A stretch of 64,000 nucleotides of DNA from Planctomycetota bacterium (GTDB taxonomy: Bacteria > Planctomycetota > UBA1135 > UBA2386). The position numbers were made by a program, and so were the translations under genes. Below are positions 39,018 through 49,982 of this stretch, piece by piece; within the stretch, counting starts at the first letter, position 1, and the number at the start of each line of letters is the position of its first letter. A model generated the notes under the pieces. That model was not told the DNA's origin. It searched no databases and worked only from the letters and a program-made list of their open reading frames with translations. The DNA lies in the NCBI GenBank assembly GCA_965228735.1, contig OZ245838.1:2496001-2560000 (forward strand), written 5' to 3'.

Positions 39018-40775
39018 TCAGCGGTCGCTGATGCGCCGAGTGGTCGCGAAGTAGGCGCCGTGCACCTTGCCATCCGGACGATGCAGCTCCGTCCGCAGCA
39101 TCGCCGGGCCCGCCGGCAGGTCGAGCTCGAATTTCGCGTGGGTCGCATCTGCGCCGACCTCCGCGGCAGCCTCGCGATCCCCGATCGCGACGCGGGCGCG
39201 CACGCAACCCATCGCCCGTTCGAGGTGCGGCGGCCAGCGATACAACGTGATCTCGTAGCGCCCTGCCACGCGCACGTCGACGGCCCACGGGCCGTTGCCG
39301 ACGAAGCCTTTCCGCACGTGATTCTGGTGCCACGGCGTGCCCTTGTCGTTCGTGTGCCAGTCGTGCGACATCAGCAGCGGGCGCTCCTCCGCGCCGCCGA
39401 GATGAATGCGCACGTAGTCGTCGAACACGGGCTCGAGTGATTCCCACCAGCGCAGGTAGGCGTTGCGCAGCCGCGCCACGACGGCCGGATGCAGCGCCGC
39501 GAGGTCGAGCTGCTGCCCGGGATCCGCGACGATGTCGTAGAGCTCCTCGCCGTTGACGAGCCGGAAGCGGTCGGTCATCACCGCGCACTTGCGCCACTGC
39601 CGCGGCTGCTCGACGCGTTGCGAATGAACGAGCAACGTCCGGTTCTTCGGCGCGGGGCCGCGATCGCGGAGCGCCGCAGCGAACGACGCGCCGTCGAGCT
39701 CGAGACCCGCCGGCACCGGCACGTCACAGAGCTCGGCGAGCGTCGGCAGCACGTCGATGTGCGCCGCGAGCTCGTCGATGTCACGCCCGCCCGCAGCGCC
39801 ACCCGTGACTCCACCTGCGGGCCAGTGCACGAACATCGGGACGCGATGCCCGCCGTCGTACTCCGACCCCTTCTTGCCGCGCATCCCCGCGTTGAACCCG
39901 CGCCAGCTGCCGCGATCGCGCTGGCGCACGACGTGACCCGCCGCAGTGCCATTGTCCGTCGTGAACACGAAGATCGTGTTCTCCGCGAGGCCCTGCTCCT
40001 GCAGCCACGCGCGCAGCCGCCCGACGTTCTCGTCGATGTTGGTGATCATCCCGTAGAACTTCGCCATCGTCGCGTGCACGCCGGCCTCGACGTACGGCTC
40101 GGAATACTTCGCATCGACGAGATACGGCCCGTGCGGCGCGTTCGTCGCCAGGTAGACGAAGAACGGTCGCGCGTCCTCGCGCGCGATGAACTCCGTCGCC
40201 TGCTCGAACCACACGTCGGTGCAGTAGCCCTGAAACGCCCGCCACTCGCCGTCGACCTCGTAGTGGTCGTCGAAGTAGTCGTTGTCCCAGTAGTCCGGCC
40301 CCTGGCCCACGCCGCCGCCATGGTGCCAGACGACGCGCTCGAAGCCCTGGTCCTGCGGCCGGCACGGCGCGTTGTCGCCGAGGTGCCACTTGCCGAACAT
40401 CCCGGTGCGATAGCCGGCGTCGCGAAACACCTCGGCGATGGTCGTCTCCTCCGCGCTCATCAGCGACCGCCCCATGATCGTGTGCCAGACGCCGGTGCGC
40501 GTCGAATACCGCCCGCTCATCAGCGCGCTGCGCGTCGGCGAGCACGTCGGGTCGACGTGGTAGTCCGTGAGCCGCACGGACTCGCGCGCGAGCTGATCGA
40601 GATTGGGCGTCCGGATCATCGTGTTGCCGTGCACGCCGAGGTCGCCGTAGCCCTGATCGTCGGTGATCACGAGCACGACGTTGGGGCGCCGAGACTCCTG
40701 CGCCGGCAGCGCAGCTGCCGCCGTGGTGGCGAGAACGAGACCGAGAACTGCAGCGGAGTGAGATCGGAGGTTCAT
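39018..40775 (-). CDS. Secreted arylsulfatase
   Basis: PNVVLVITDDQG, CSPTRSALMSG, GKWHLG, TDNG, YDGGHRVP; ATG 40775. Confidence 0.93.
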   Translation of the reverse strand: MNLRSHSAAVLGLVLATTAAAALPAQESRRPNVVLVITDDQGYGDLGVHGNTMIRTPNLDQLARESVRLTDYHVDPTCSPTRSALMSGRYSTRTGVWHTIMGRSLMSAEETTIAEVFRDAGYRTGMFGKWHLGDNAPCRPQDQGFERVVWHHGGGVGQGPDYWDNDYFDDHYEVDGEWRAFQGYCTDVWFEQATEFIAREDARPFFVYLATNAPHGPYLVDAKYSEPYVEAGVHATMAKFYGMITNIDENVGRLRAWLQEQGLAENTIFVFTTDNGTAAGHVVRQRDRGSWRGFNAGMRGKKGSEYDGGHRVPMFVHWPAGGVTGGAAGGRDIDELAAHIDVLPTLAELCDVPVPAGLELDGASFAAALRDRGPAPKNRTLLVHSQRVEQPRQWRKCAVMTDRFRLVNGEELYDIVADPGQQLDLAALHPAVVARLRNAYLRWWESLEPVFDDYVRIHLGGAEERPLLMSHDWHTNDKGTPWHQNHVRKGFVGNGPWAVDVRVAGRYEITLYRWPPHLERAMGCVRARVAIGDREAAAEVGADATHAKFELDLPAGPAMLRTELHRPDGKVHGAYFATTRRISDR

Positions 40776-40829
40776 GTTCGGCGAGGTTGATGCGACCATT
40801 CGTCGTGAGTCTGCCCGACCGAGCCGCCC

Positions 40830-42314
40830 ATGCCCACCCGAACGTCGCTCTCGTTCCTCCTCCTCGGCCTGTTGCCGCTGGCCCCGCTCGCCGCCCAGGA
40901 TCGGCAACGGCCCAACGTGCTCTTCATCCTGGTCGACGACCAGTCGCCGTTCGACCTGTCGATCTACGACAGCGCGTCGCCGTGTCGCACGCCCGTGCTC
41001 GATGAGATCGCGGCGGCCGGCACCGTGCTCGACGCGGCGTATCACATGGGGTCGTGGTCGGGCGCCGTGTGCACGCCATCCAGGCACATGATCATGAGCG
41101 GGCGCACCGTGTGGCACCTGCCGCGCCGCGGCATCCGCGGCGAGCAGCAGAATCCGAACTGCCCCACCGATCTCGCCGAGCACACGCTCGGGGCCGTCTT
41201 CCGGCGCGCGGGCTACGACACGATGCGCACGTGCAAGAAGGGTAACAGCTACAAGGCGGCGAACGCGCAGTTCGAGGTCGTGCACGACAAGACGTGCCGG
41301 CAGGCTGACCCCGAACGCGGCTCGCCGTGGCACGCCGATCGCGTGCTCGACTTCCTGACGGCGCGCGAGGAGCGCGGCGACGACGACCCGTTCCTGATCT
41401 ACTTCGGGTTCTCGCACCCGCACGACCCGCGGCACGCGCCCGACGAACTGCTCGGCAACTACGGCGCGAGCAACGAAGGCCCTGCCGGCGAACCGCCGGA
41501 CGACGCGCCGCCGCTGCCTGTCAACTACCTGCCCGCCCACCCGTTCCATCACGGCCACCCGCGGCTGCGCGACGAGGTCAACGTGCAGGGCGTCAAACGC
41601 CGCCGTGACGCGGCGACGATCCGGAACGAGCTCGGCCGTCAGTTCGCGTGCAACGAGAGCATCGACCAGCAGATCGGCCGCGTGCTCGATCGGCTGCGGC
41701 AGAGCGGCGAGCTCGACAACACGATCGTGATCTACACCGCCGATCACGGCATGGCGATCGGGCGCCACGGCCTGCAGGGCAAGCAGAACCTCTACGAGCA
41801 CACCTGGCGCGTGCCGTTCATCGCCATGGGGCCCGGTATCCCGCGGGGGCGTCGCGCTGCCGGCAACGTCTACCTGCTCGACGTGCTGCCGACGCTCTGC
41901 GACTTCGCCGGTATCGAGCCGCCGGCGACCGTCGAGGGCAAGAGCATGCGCGCGGTTCTCGAGGGCAAGGCGGAAACGATCCGCGACGTGCTCTACGGCG
42001 TGTACGCGGGCGGGACCAAGCCGGGCATGCGCTGCGTCAGGAAGGGCAACTGGAAGCTCATCCAGTACGACGCGCTCGACGGCTTCGTGCGGGAGACCCA
42101 GCTGTTCGACCTCTCGGCCAACCCGAACGAACTGCTCCGCGAGCACCACGTCGACGTGGTCGAGTTCCTGACCAAGAACGACCCGCAGCGCGCGCAGGTC
42201 AACCTCGCCGACGATCCCCGCTTCGCGGTCCAACGCCGCGAGATGGAGGCGCTGCTGCTCGCCGAGATGCAGCGCCTCGATGATCCGTACCGGCTGTGGA
42301 CGCAGGAGCGGTAG
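40830..42314 (+). CDS. Secreted sulfatase (choline-sulfatase-like subgroup)
   Basis: PNVLFILVDD, CTPSR, HPHDP, ADHG, GKQNLYE. Confidence 0.92.
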   Translation: MPTRTSLSFLLLGLLPLAPLAAQDRQRPNVLFILVDDQSPFDLSIYDSASPCRTPVLDEIAAAGTVLDAAYHMGSWSGAVCTPSRHMIMSGRTVWHLPRRGIRGEQQNPNCPTDLAEHTLGAVFRRAGYDTMRTCKKGNSYKAANAQFEVVHDKTCRQADPERGSPWHADRVLDFLTAREERGDDDPFLIYFGFSHPHDPRHAPDELLGNYGASNEGPAGEPPDDAPPLPVNYLPAHPFHHGHPRLRDEVNVQGVKRRRDAATIRNELGRQFACNESIDQQIGRVLDRLRQSGELDNTIVIYTADHGMAIGRHGLQGKQNLYEHTWRVPFIAMGPGIPRGRRAAGNVYLLDVLPTLCDFAGIEPPATVEGKSMRAVLEGKAETIRDVLYGVYAGGTKPGMRCVRKGNWKLIQYDALDGFVRETQLFDLSANPNELLREHHVDVVEFLTKNDPQRAQVNLADDPRFAVQRREMEALLLAEMQRLDDPYRLWTQER

Positions 42315-42364
42315 CGCCATCGACCCTGGCGTTAGCGTCCGGACCGACCCATAGTCAGGGGCCC

Positions 42365-43531
42365 ATGCGTCGACCGCCCAGTCGTCTCGTTCCGTTCGCT
42401 CTCCTGTTGGCCGCCACGTTGCCGACCTGCCGGTCGGGCCCTGCGCTCGGCGGGTCGACCATGCCGATGGTCAACGCCGCCGGCCCCGGCAGCGAGTGGC
42501 AGTGCAGCCCGCGGCTGGAGCTGTCGAGCGTGTGGACGTTCCTCGCGCGCAAGTACGACAGCGACGGCGACGAGGTCGTCACGGCGGCCGAGTACGACCG
42601 CGGCGAGACGCGGTTCATCAACTACGACCGCACGGGCGACGGCCAGCTCACGGCGGCGGATTTCCCGCCGGACACGTACTTCAACGGGTTCAGCCACTAC
42701 CTCGTCCGCCAGGCGGATGCCGACGAGGACGAGACGATCACCCGGGCGGAGTGGGACGCGTTCGCCGCGCGGCTCGACGCCGACGGCAGTGGCGTCATCA
42801 CGCCGGACGAGGCCAAGCGGGCGATGGGCGAATGGGCCGACGACTGGCCGCTGTTCCTGCTGTCGTTCGACCAGGACCAGGACGGCGACTTCGACGCGTT
42901 CGACCTCGACGTCACGTTCCGCGATCAGGACTACGACGGCGACGGGGCGCTGACGGGCAAGGAGACGGCCGGCTGGGCCGCGACCGCGGAACGCCCGGAT
43001 ACGCCGCCGCCCGCCGTCGGCGAAGCGGCGCCGGCGATCGACCTGATGTTCGCGGACGGCAGCGGCGCGTTCCGGCTCGCGGACGCGATCCGCGAGCAGC
43101 CCGTCGCGCTCGTGTTCGGCAGCTACACTTGACCGCCGTTTCGCGAGTCGGCCGGTCGGCTGAACGAGCTGCACGCGGCCTGGGGTGACAAGGTCCGCTT
43201 CGTCGTGGTCTACGTGCGCGAGGCCCACGCGATGGACTCGCGACTGCCGATGGGCTTCGGCGCGATCGAGGACCCGACGACGATCATCGAGCGCACCGAG
43301 GTCGCGAAGATGTGCACGCAGACCCTTGGCCTGTCGATCCCGACCGTCGTCGACGACATGGACGACGCCGTCTCGCGCGCCTACCACGGCTGGCCCGAAC
43401 GGCTCTACCTGATCGACCAGGCCGGCAACGTCGCGTATCGCGGCGGCCCGGGCCCGTTCGGCTTCGACCCCGACGGCTTCGAGACGGCGATCCGCGCGCA
43501 CCTCGAAGGCGCGCCCACCGGCACCCGCTGA
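42365..43531 (+). CDS. Probable selenoprotein: six EF-hand loops fused to an iodothyronine-deiodinase-like domain (Sec256)
   Basis: In-frame TGA 43130-43132 in FGSYT-U-PPF; frame continues YVREAH...VVDDMDD...YHGWPERLYLI...YRGGPGPFGF; downstream hairpin. Confidence 0.88.
43148..43163 (+). promoter_or_regulatory. Candidate bacterial SECIS hairpin
   Basis: UCGGCC-GGUC-GGCUGA, 6-bp stem starting 15 nt after the UGA. Confidence 0.6.
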
Positions 43532-43534
43532 GTC

Positions 43535-43822
43535 TCACGCTCGGCGCTGCTTGCGCGCCCACCGCACGTGCCGCTGCACCTCGGGCGCCGCGCGCAACGA
43601 GGCGAGCGTGGAGTATTCCCGCGCCAGGGTCATCTCGTCGAAGAACCGATGCACGGCTCGATGGCACAAGCGACAGAGGTGCGTGCCGGCGTTGAGCTGC
43701 TCGCGGTCGTAGTTGCGGCGAAACGCCCCGCGGCGATGGACCTTCCGCGGGATCAGGTGATGGAACGTGAGCTCGCGGCCCGCGCCGCAGAGCTCGCAGC
43801 GGTCTGGGACATCACGCGGCAT
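43535..43822 (-). CDS. Small HNH-like zinc-binding protein
   Basis: CELC...TFHHLIP...LCRLCHRAVH. Confidence 0.8.
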   Translation of the reverse strand: MPRDVPDRCELCGAGRELTFHHLIPRKVHRRGAFRRNYDREQLNAGTHLCRLCHRAVHRFFDEMTLAREYSTLASLRAAPEVQRHVRWARKQRRA

Positions 43823-43898
43823 CGCAGCGCCGACTCTAACATACTTCGTCACGCCCCTCGCGCTTGCGACCGACGAGTCGATCGCATCCGATAGCGCC

Positions 43899-44807
43899 AT
43901 GAAGGGCCTGATCTGTCCACGGTGCGGCGCGCGCAACGGCCTCTCTGCGATGTTCAAGGGGCTGTCGAGCCTGTCCTGCAACCTGATCCCGATCCGGTGC
44001 GAGGCGTGCGGCGAACTGTCGTCCGCGATGCGATCGCTCTCGAGCTACGTCGGTTTCTTCCTCGCGTTCGCGGCGGTGTTCCTCGCGGTGTTCGTCGCGC
44101 TGTTCGATCTGCTCGCGTCCCCGGCGCTCGGCGCGATCCCGGTCGCCGTTGCCGCGGCCACGATCGCGATCCTGATCATGCTGCCGCTCTGGGCTTTGTT
44201 GACCCTGCAGCAGGAGGAACCCGGGCCCGACGTCGACCCCGCGACGCTGCCCGGCGACATCAGCGCCGGTCGCAAGGTCTGGTGGCTCGCGATCGGGCTC
44301 GGCATCGCGCTCCTCGTCATCGGGGCCGGCGTCGCGGCCTACGAGTTCAGCCGCATCGCGCGGCGCCCGCCGGCCTCGACCGAGTCCCAGTCGGTAACGG
44401 TACTGCCGAGTGCTGCGCTCGCGTGGCGGCCTCGGACCCTCGCCGGCGAGGACGTCGAGTTCGCCGCGCTCGCGTCGGGCGTCGTATTCGTCAACGTCTG
44501 GGCGACGTGGTGCGGCCCGTGCGTCGCGGAGCTGCCGAGCATCGCGCGACTCCGGACGTCGCTGGCGTCGCACGACATCGCGTTCGTCGTCGTGTCGACC
44601 GAGTCCCCGGACACGGTCCGAGAGTTCGCCGCGGACATGGAGGCCGACCTGCCGCTCGTGACCACGGACGAACTGCCCGAGGCGTTCCGGACACCGGCGA
44701 TCCCGGCGACGTTCGTCGTGCGCAACGGCCAGATCGTCTACCGGCACGTCGGCGCCGCGGACTGGAGCAACGAGGAGTTCCGGGCCTGGCTGATCGCCCA
44801 ACTCTGA
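43899..44807 (+). CDS. Membrane-bound TlpA-family thiol-disulfide oxidoreductase with N-terminal zinc ribbon
   Basis: CPRC...CEAC, three hydrophobic helices, VNVWATWCGPCVAELP, IPATFV. Confidence 0.85.
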   Translation: MKGLICPRCGARNGLSAMFKGLSSLSCNLIPIRCEACGELSSAMRSLSSYVGFFLAFAAVFLAVFVALFDLLASPALGAIPVAVAAATIAILIMLPLWALLTLQQEEPGPDVDPATLPGDISAGRKVWWLAIGLGIALLVIGAGVAAYEFSRIARRPPASTESQSVTVLPSAALAWRPRTLAGEDVEFAALASGVVFVNVWATWCGPCVAELPSIARLRTSLASHDIAFVVVSTESPDTVREFAADMEADLPLVTTDELPEAFRTPAIPATFVVRNGQIVYRHVGAADWSNEEFRAWLIAQL

Positions 44808-44842
44808 TGGCCCGGTTGTGATCCCCCGGGGCTCTGGCCGGG

Positions 44843-46432
44843 TCAGGCCCGCCCGAGGAGCGCGACGAGCAACTCGTCGACGAGCTCTTCGACCGGCCGT
44901 GCGCCTGCCAGCTCGATGGGCTGCTCGGCCGCGCCCGGGATCTCGAAGCGCGCGCGCAGATCACGCGCGACGGCTACGCCCGCGTCACTGACACTGCCAC
45001 CCCGAGCCGCCCGCGCCGCCGCCCGCGCCTCGGATTCCTTGTCGTCGACATCGAGGTAGACGAGCGCGAGGCGCGCGCCCGACTCGGCTGCGGCAGCTCG
45101 CGCGCGACTGCGCAACGCGATGGCCGGGAAGTTGCCGTCGAGCACGACTCCGCGCGCGGCGTTGCGGGACGCCCGCGCGAGCACCTCGAAATACGTCCGC
45201 CGCGTGAACTGCCACGTGTAGAGCTCCGGCCCACCCCGCTGGGTCGGTTCGAGCCCCGCGAGATCCTTGCGCACGCGGTCGGTCGCGATCACCGGCCAGC
45301 GCAGGGTGCGGTTCAGTTCCTTGCTGAACGTGCTCTTGCCGCTAGCCGGCGGCCCGCACACGACGATCCACCACGGCGCAGCGGCTTCGAGCGCGCATGC
45401 AGCCGCGAGCCGGACGTGGGCCATGGCCGACCGTCGTGGTGCACGCCTCGCCTCGTCGTCCCGCGCCTCGGCCGCCGCGATCGCCGCGACCTTGGCGCGG
45501 ACCATCGCGCGGTAGCTGCAGAGCGCCGGCAACAGACCCGGAATCTGCGTGTCGCCGCTCGCGCTCACGTAGGCCGCGACGAACTCCGCCGCGAGCTCGG
45601 GGGCGCCGCGGTAGCGCAGGTCCATCGCGAGGAACGCGATCTCCGTCGCGACGTCCCCGCAGCGGAACGCCGGCTCGAACTCGATGCAGTCGTAGGCCAC
45701 CGGCGGCGTCGTCATGCAGATGTTGCGCGCATGCAGGTCACCGTGGCCATCGACGACGCGACCGCTCGCGGCCCGGGTCTCGAGCGCCGGCAGCAGCCGG
45801 TCGAAGTTGCGCGCGCTCACCCGCGCGAGCGCTTCACCGAGTGCGCCGGGCACCCCGCTCGCAGAGTCGGGCAGCTGCGCCAGATCACGGAAGTTGTCGG
45901 CCGCGAACCCCGCGAGCCTGGCCGGCGAACCGTGCGCCGCGACGTCCTCTCCGCAATCGGCCCCGGCGTGGAACGAGGCGACCGTGCGCGCCAGCCCCCG
46001 GAGCTGCTCGACGTCCACCGCAGTCGCCCCACCGGCGGCGAGCAGTTCGTCGAGCATCCGGTCCTGCGGCAGCCGCCGCATCACGACCGCGACATCGAGG
46101 CCGTCCTCCGGTATCGCATCGGCATCGACGACGTCGACCGTCGCCTCGAATCGCAACGAACCGTCGTCGTCGCGCTGCAAGAGCGCCACGCCGAGATAGA
46201 CGTCCGGACACAGCCGCCGGTTCAGCTCGACCTCGGCGATCGCCGCGCGCCGACGCGCGGCGAACGTCCCGAAGTCGACGAACGGCAGCGTCTTCGCCTT
46301 CTTCAGCTTGTAGACCAGATCACCCGCGAGGCAGACGACGGACAGGTGCGTCTGCACGATCTCGACCGCCTCCGGCCCGTGCGGGAAGCACTCGGGTCTT
46401 TGCAGTTCGTCGAGCAACGCGCCGGCCGTCAT
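44843..46432 (-). CDS. Bifunctional aminoglycoside-phosphotransferase-like / AAA_33 P-loop protein
   Basis: QTHLS...YKLKK, HGDLHARN, DCIEF, GPPASGKS. Confidence 0.88.
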   Translation of the reverse strand: MTAGALLDELQRPECFPHGPEAVEIVQTHLSVVCLAGDLVYKLKKAKTLPFVDFGTFAARRRAAIAEVELNRRLCPDVYLGVALLQRDDDGSLRFEATVDVVDADAIPEDGLDVAVVMRRLPQDRMLDELLAAGGATAVDVEQLRGLARTVASFHAGADCGEDVAAHGSPARLAGFAADNFRDLAQLPDSASGVPGALGEALARVSARNFDRLLPALETRAASGRVVDGHGDLHARNICMTTPPVAYDCIEFEPAFRCGDVATEIAFLAMDLRYRGAPELAAEFVAAYVSASGDTQIPGLLPALCSYRAMVRAKVAAIAAAEARDDEARRAPRRSAMAHVRLAAACALEAAAPWWIVVCGPPASGKSTFSKELNRTLRWPVIATDRVRKDLAGLEPTQRGGPELYTWQFTRRTYFEVLARASRNAARGVVLDGNFPAIALRSRARAAAAESGARLALVYLDVDDKESEARAAARAARGGSVSDAGVAVARDLRARFEIPGAAEQPIELAGARPVEELVDELLVALLGRA

Positions 46433-46740
46433 CGCCGTCCGAGCCTACCCACGAGCTCGGCCGCGATCGCGCGGTACTCCGCCGAATGTTCGCCGGCCGG
46501 ACGCGCCCGGCCGACGCGCCGATACCAGTAGTCCGCGTTGCCGAGGTCGCCCTCCTCGCGATGCAACGCCGCGTGCACCCACGAACAGTCGTCGTCCCCA
46601 TGGTTGACCGCGTCGTGCGCCGCGTGCCACTCACCCCGCAGCGCGTGCCAGACGCCGACCAGGGCGGCCGGCGATGACGGCGGCGGAGCGGCCGCGTCGA
46701 GGGTCGCGAAGAACGCATCGAGGTCGAGGGCGGCGGCCAT
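46429..46740 (-). CDS. Small conserved hypothetical protein
   Basis: WVHAALHREEGDLGNADYWYRR; 4-bp overlap with the next gene. Confidence 0.75.
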   Translation of the reverse strand: MAAALDLDAFFATLDAAAPPPSSPAALVGVWHALRGEWHAAHDAVNHGDDDCSWVHAALHREEGDLGNADYWYRRVGRARPAGEHSAEYRAIAAELVGRLGRR

Positions 46741-46869
46741 CGGTCGGATCCTATGTGAACCTCGAAACGAGAACGACATCCCCTCGATCACGTCGCCCCA
46801 CTACCATCACAGTTGTCGCGCGTCGCGATCATCGGCACGGCGGTTGCTGGTCCTCGCGGCTCAGAAGCC

Positions 46870-48497
46870 ATGGGATTCCGACCACCACGACTCTGGCGCA
46901 GGCGCCTCTGGGTCCGCCTGACGCTGATCTGCGTCGGCGCTGCCGTCGTGCCGACGCTCATCGGCGGGCTGTGGATCACGGCGGACCTCGAGGCCGCAGC
47001 GCACGCCCGGGCGACGGCTCGCCTGCATCGCGCCGCCGAGCTCGCGGCCGGTCAGACCGCGCGCTTCACGCAGCGCGCGCGAGCCAAGCTCATCAACCTG
47101 TCTCGCCTCCTCGCGTTGCAGAGCGCGGCGCGCGATTCGCAACCCGTCGACCTCGAGTTCGAAGTGCTCGGTCGGCTGCGGAGCCAGGTCGACCCGCCCG
47201 GCCTGTTCCTCGGCATCGAGCACCGCGGCCTCGAACCGGCCCAGAACATCGCCGTCCAGCAGATGCGGCTGCCGACCGAACCGGTTGCTGGGGAGGTCGC
47301 AGCCGACCTGCCGCCGATCGCGCCGACGCGCGACGATCGCTTCGGTCGCATCACCGCGGCCATCGCGGTCGATGCCGCGGGCGTCCTCACGGCGACGGCC
47401 CAGCTCGTCGGCTACCTCGACTTCGCCGATCTACAGAACGACCTCGAGTCGCTCTGCGACGGCCTCGCGCTCGACCTCGTCGACCAGGCCGGCAGCGCCA
47501 TGATCACGGCCGGCACCCACCCCGGACCCGACGACACCGAGCTCGTGATGGCGCCCGTGCCGGACACCGCGTGGCGCATCGAGGCGCGCGGCTCGCGCTC
47601 CTCCGCCGTCGCGGCGGCCGCCGCGGCGCGGTCGCAGGTGTGGCGCACGACGCTCGTCGCGGGCGCCGGCGCGACGGTCCTCGCGCTGCTCGTCGCGGCC
47701 TGGCTCGCGCGCCCGATCGCCCGACTCCGCCGCACTGCCACGGCGATGGCCGAGGGCGATCTCTCCGCGCGCGCCGGCCTGCAACGGCGCGACGAGATCG
47801 GCGAGCTCGGCCAGGCGTTCGACCGGATGGCCGCCGCGGTCGAGCAGCTCGACCGCGTGCGATCGGACTTCGTCGCGACCGTCTCGCACGAGCTCCGCAC
47901 CCCGCTCACGGCCCTGCGGGCGAACGTCGAGAACCTCACCGACGGCATTCACGGCGAGCTCGGTGACGCACAGCGCACGGCGGCCGATCGGCTCGCTCGC
48001 GAGATCGTGCGGTTGCAGGAGATCGTCGATGCGACGTTGACGTTGTCACGGCTCGAAGCGGGAGCCGAGCCGCTGCGCGCGACCGACTGCGACTTGCGCG
48101 CACTCGCCGACGAGGTCGCGGCCGGCCAAGCGGCCGACTCCAAGCTGCAGGTCGAGGGCAGCGGCTCGGCCATCGCCGATCCGCGGCTGTTGCGACGCGC
48201 GCTCGGCAACGTCGTCGAGAACGCGCTGCGACACGGGGGCGGTGCGGTGACGATCACGGTCGAAGACGGCGCGATCACCGTGCGCGATCGCGGCCGCGGT
48301 TTCGACCTCGCGGACCCGTTCGCGCCGTTCGCCCAGGGCACGACGGACGGCAACAAGAACTCCGGCGTCGGCCTCGGCCTCGCGATCGTCGCGCGCATCG
48401 TGCGCATGAACGGCGGCGAGGTCACGGCGCAGACCGACGACGGCGCGGTGGTCACGATGCGACTGCCGAACGGACCGCAGACCTCGGGCGACCACGC

Positions 48498-48501
<4 letters not shown>
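46870..48501 (+). CDS. HAMP-domain sensor histidine kinase
   Basis: Two TMs, HAMP (DEIGELGQAFDRM), H-box SHELRTPL, NVVENALRH, DRGRG, GVGLGL. Confidence 0.93.
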
Positions 48502-49817
<1,316 letters not shown>

Positions 49818-49818
49818 C

Positions 49819-49859
49819 CGTATCCGCGCGGGTACGGCGGGCGTATCCGATCGGATACG
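49819..49859. promoter_or_regulatory. Tandem palindromic sites CGTATCC-N4-GGRTACG, putative enhancer (UAS)
   Basis: CGTATCCGCGCGGGTACG at 49819-49836 and perfect CGTATCCGATCGGATACG at 49842-49859; 23 bp apart. Confidence 0.7.
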
Positions 49860-49910
49860 GCTGCCGCGGCGAAGCCCCCCAGACCGCCGCAGCACGGGCA
49901 TTCGTGGGCC

Positions 49911-49926
49911 CGGCACGCCCGTTGCT
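49911..49926 (+). promoter_or_regulatory. Sigma54 (-24/-12) promoter
   Basis: CGGCACGCCCGTTGCT matches GGCAC-N5-TTGC (GG 49912-13, GC 49924-25); GAGAGG RBS before ATG 49983. Confidence 0.8.
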
Positions 49927-49982
49927 TCTCACCGTCGACCCGCGGGTGCGATCACCCGCCGAGACCGAGAGAGGACCCCGAC

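Noticed and set aside
40776..42320. N-terminal extension making the 39018 sulfatase 1100 aa
   Set aside because: It is the antisense of the 40830-42314 sulfatase; the signal peptide starts at ATG 40775
43130..43132. Nonsense-mutation pseudogene or genome-wide UGA reassignment
   Set aside because: The TGA sits exactly at the deiodinase Sec position with both halves intact, and TGA is an ordinary stop in many other genes here
43535..43822. HNH gene as a mobile or homing element
   Set aside because: Small stand-alone protein; no intron, terminal repeats or target duplication seen
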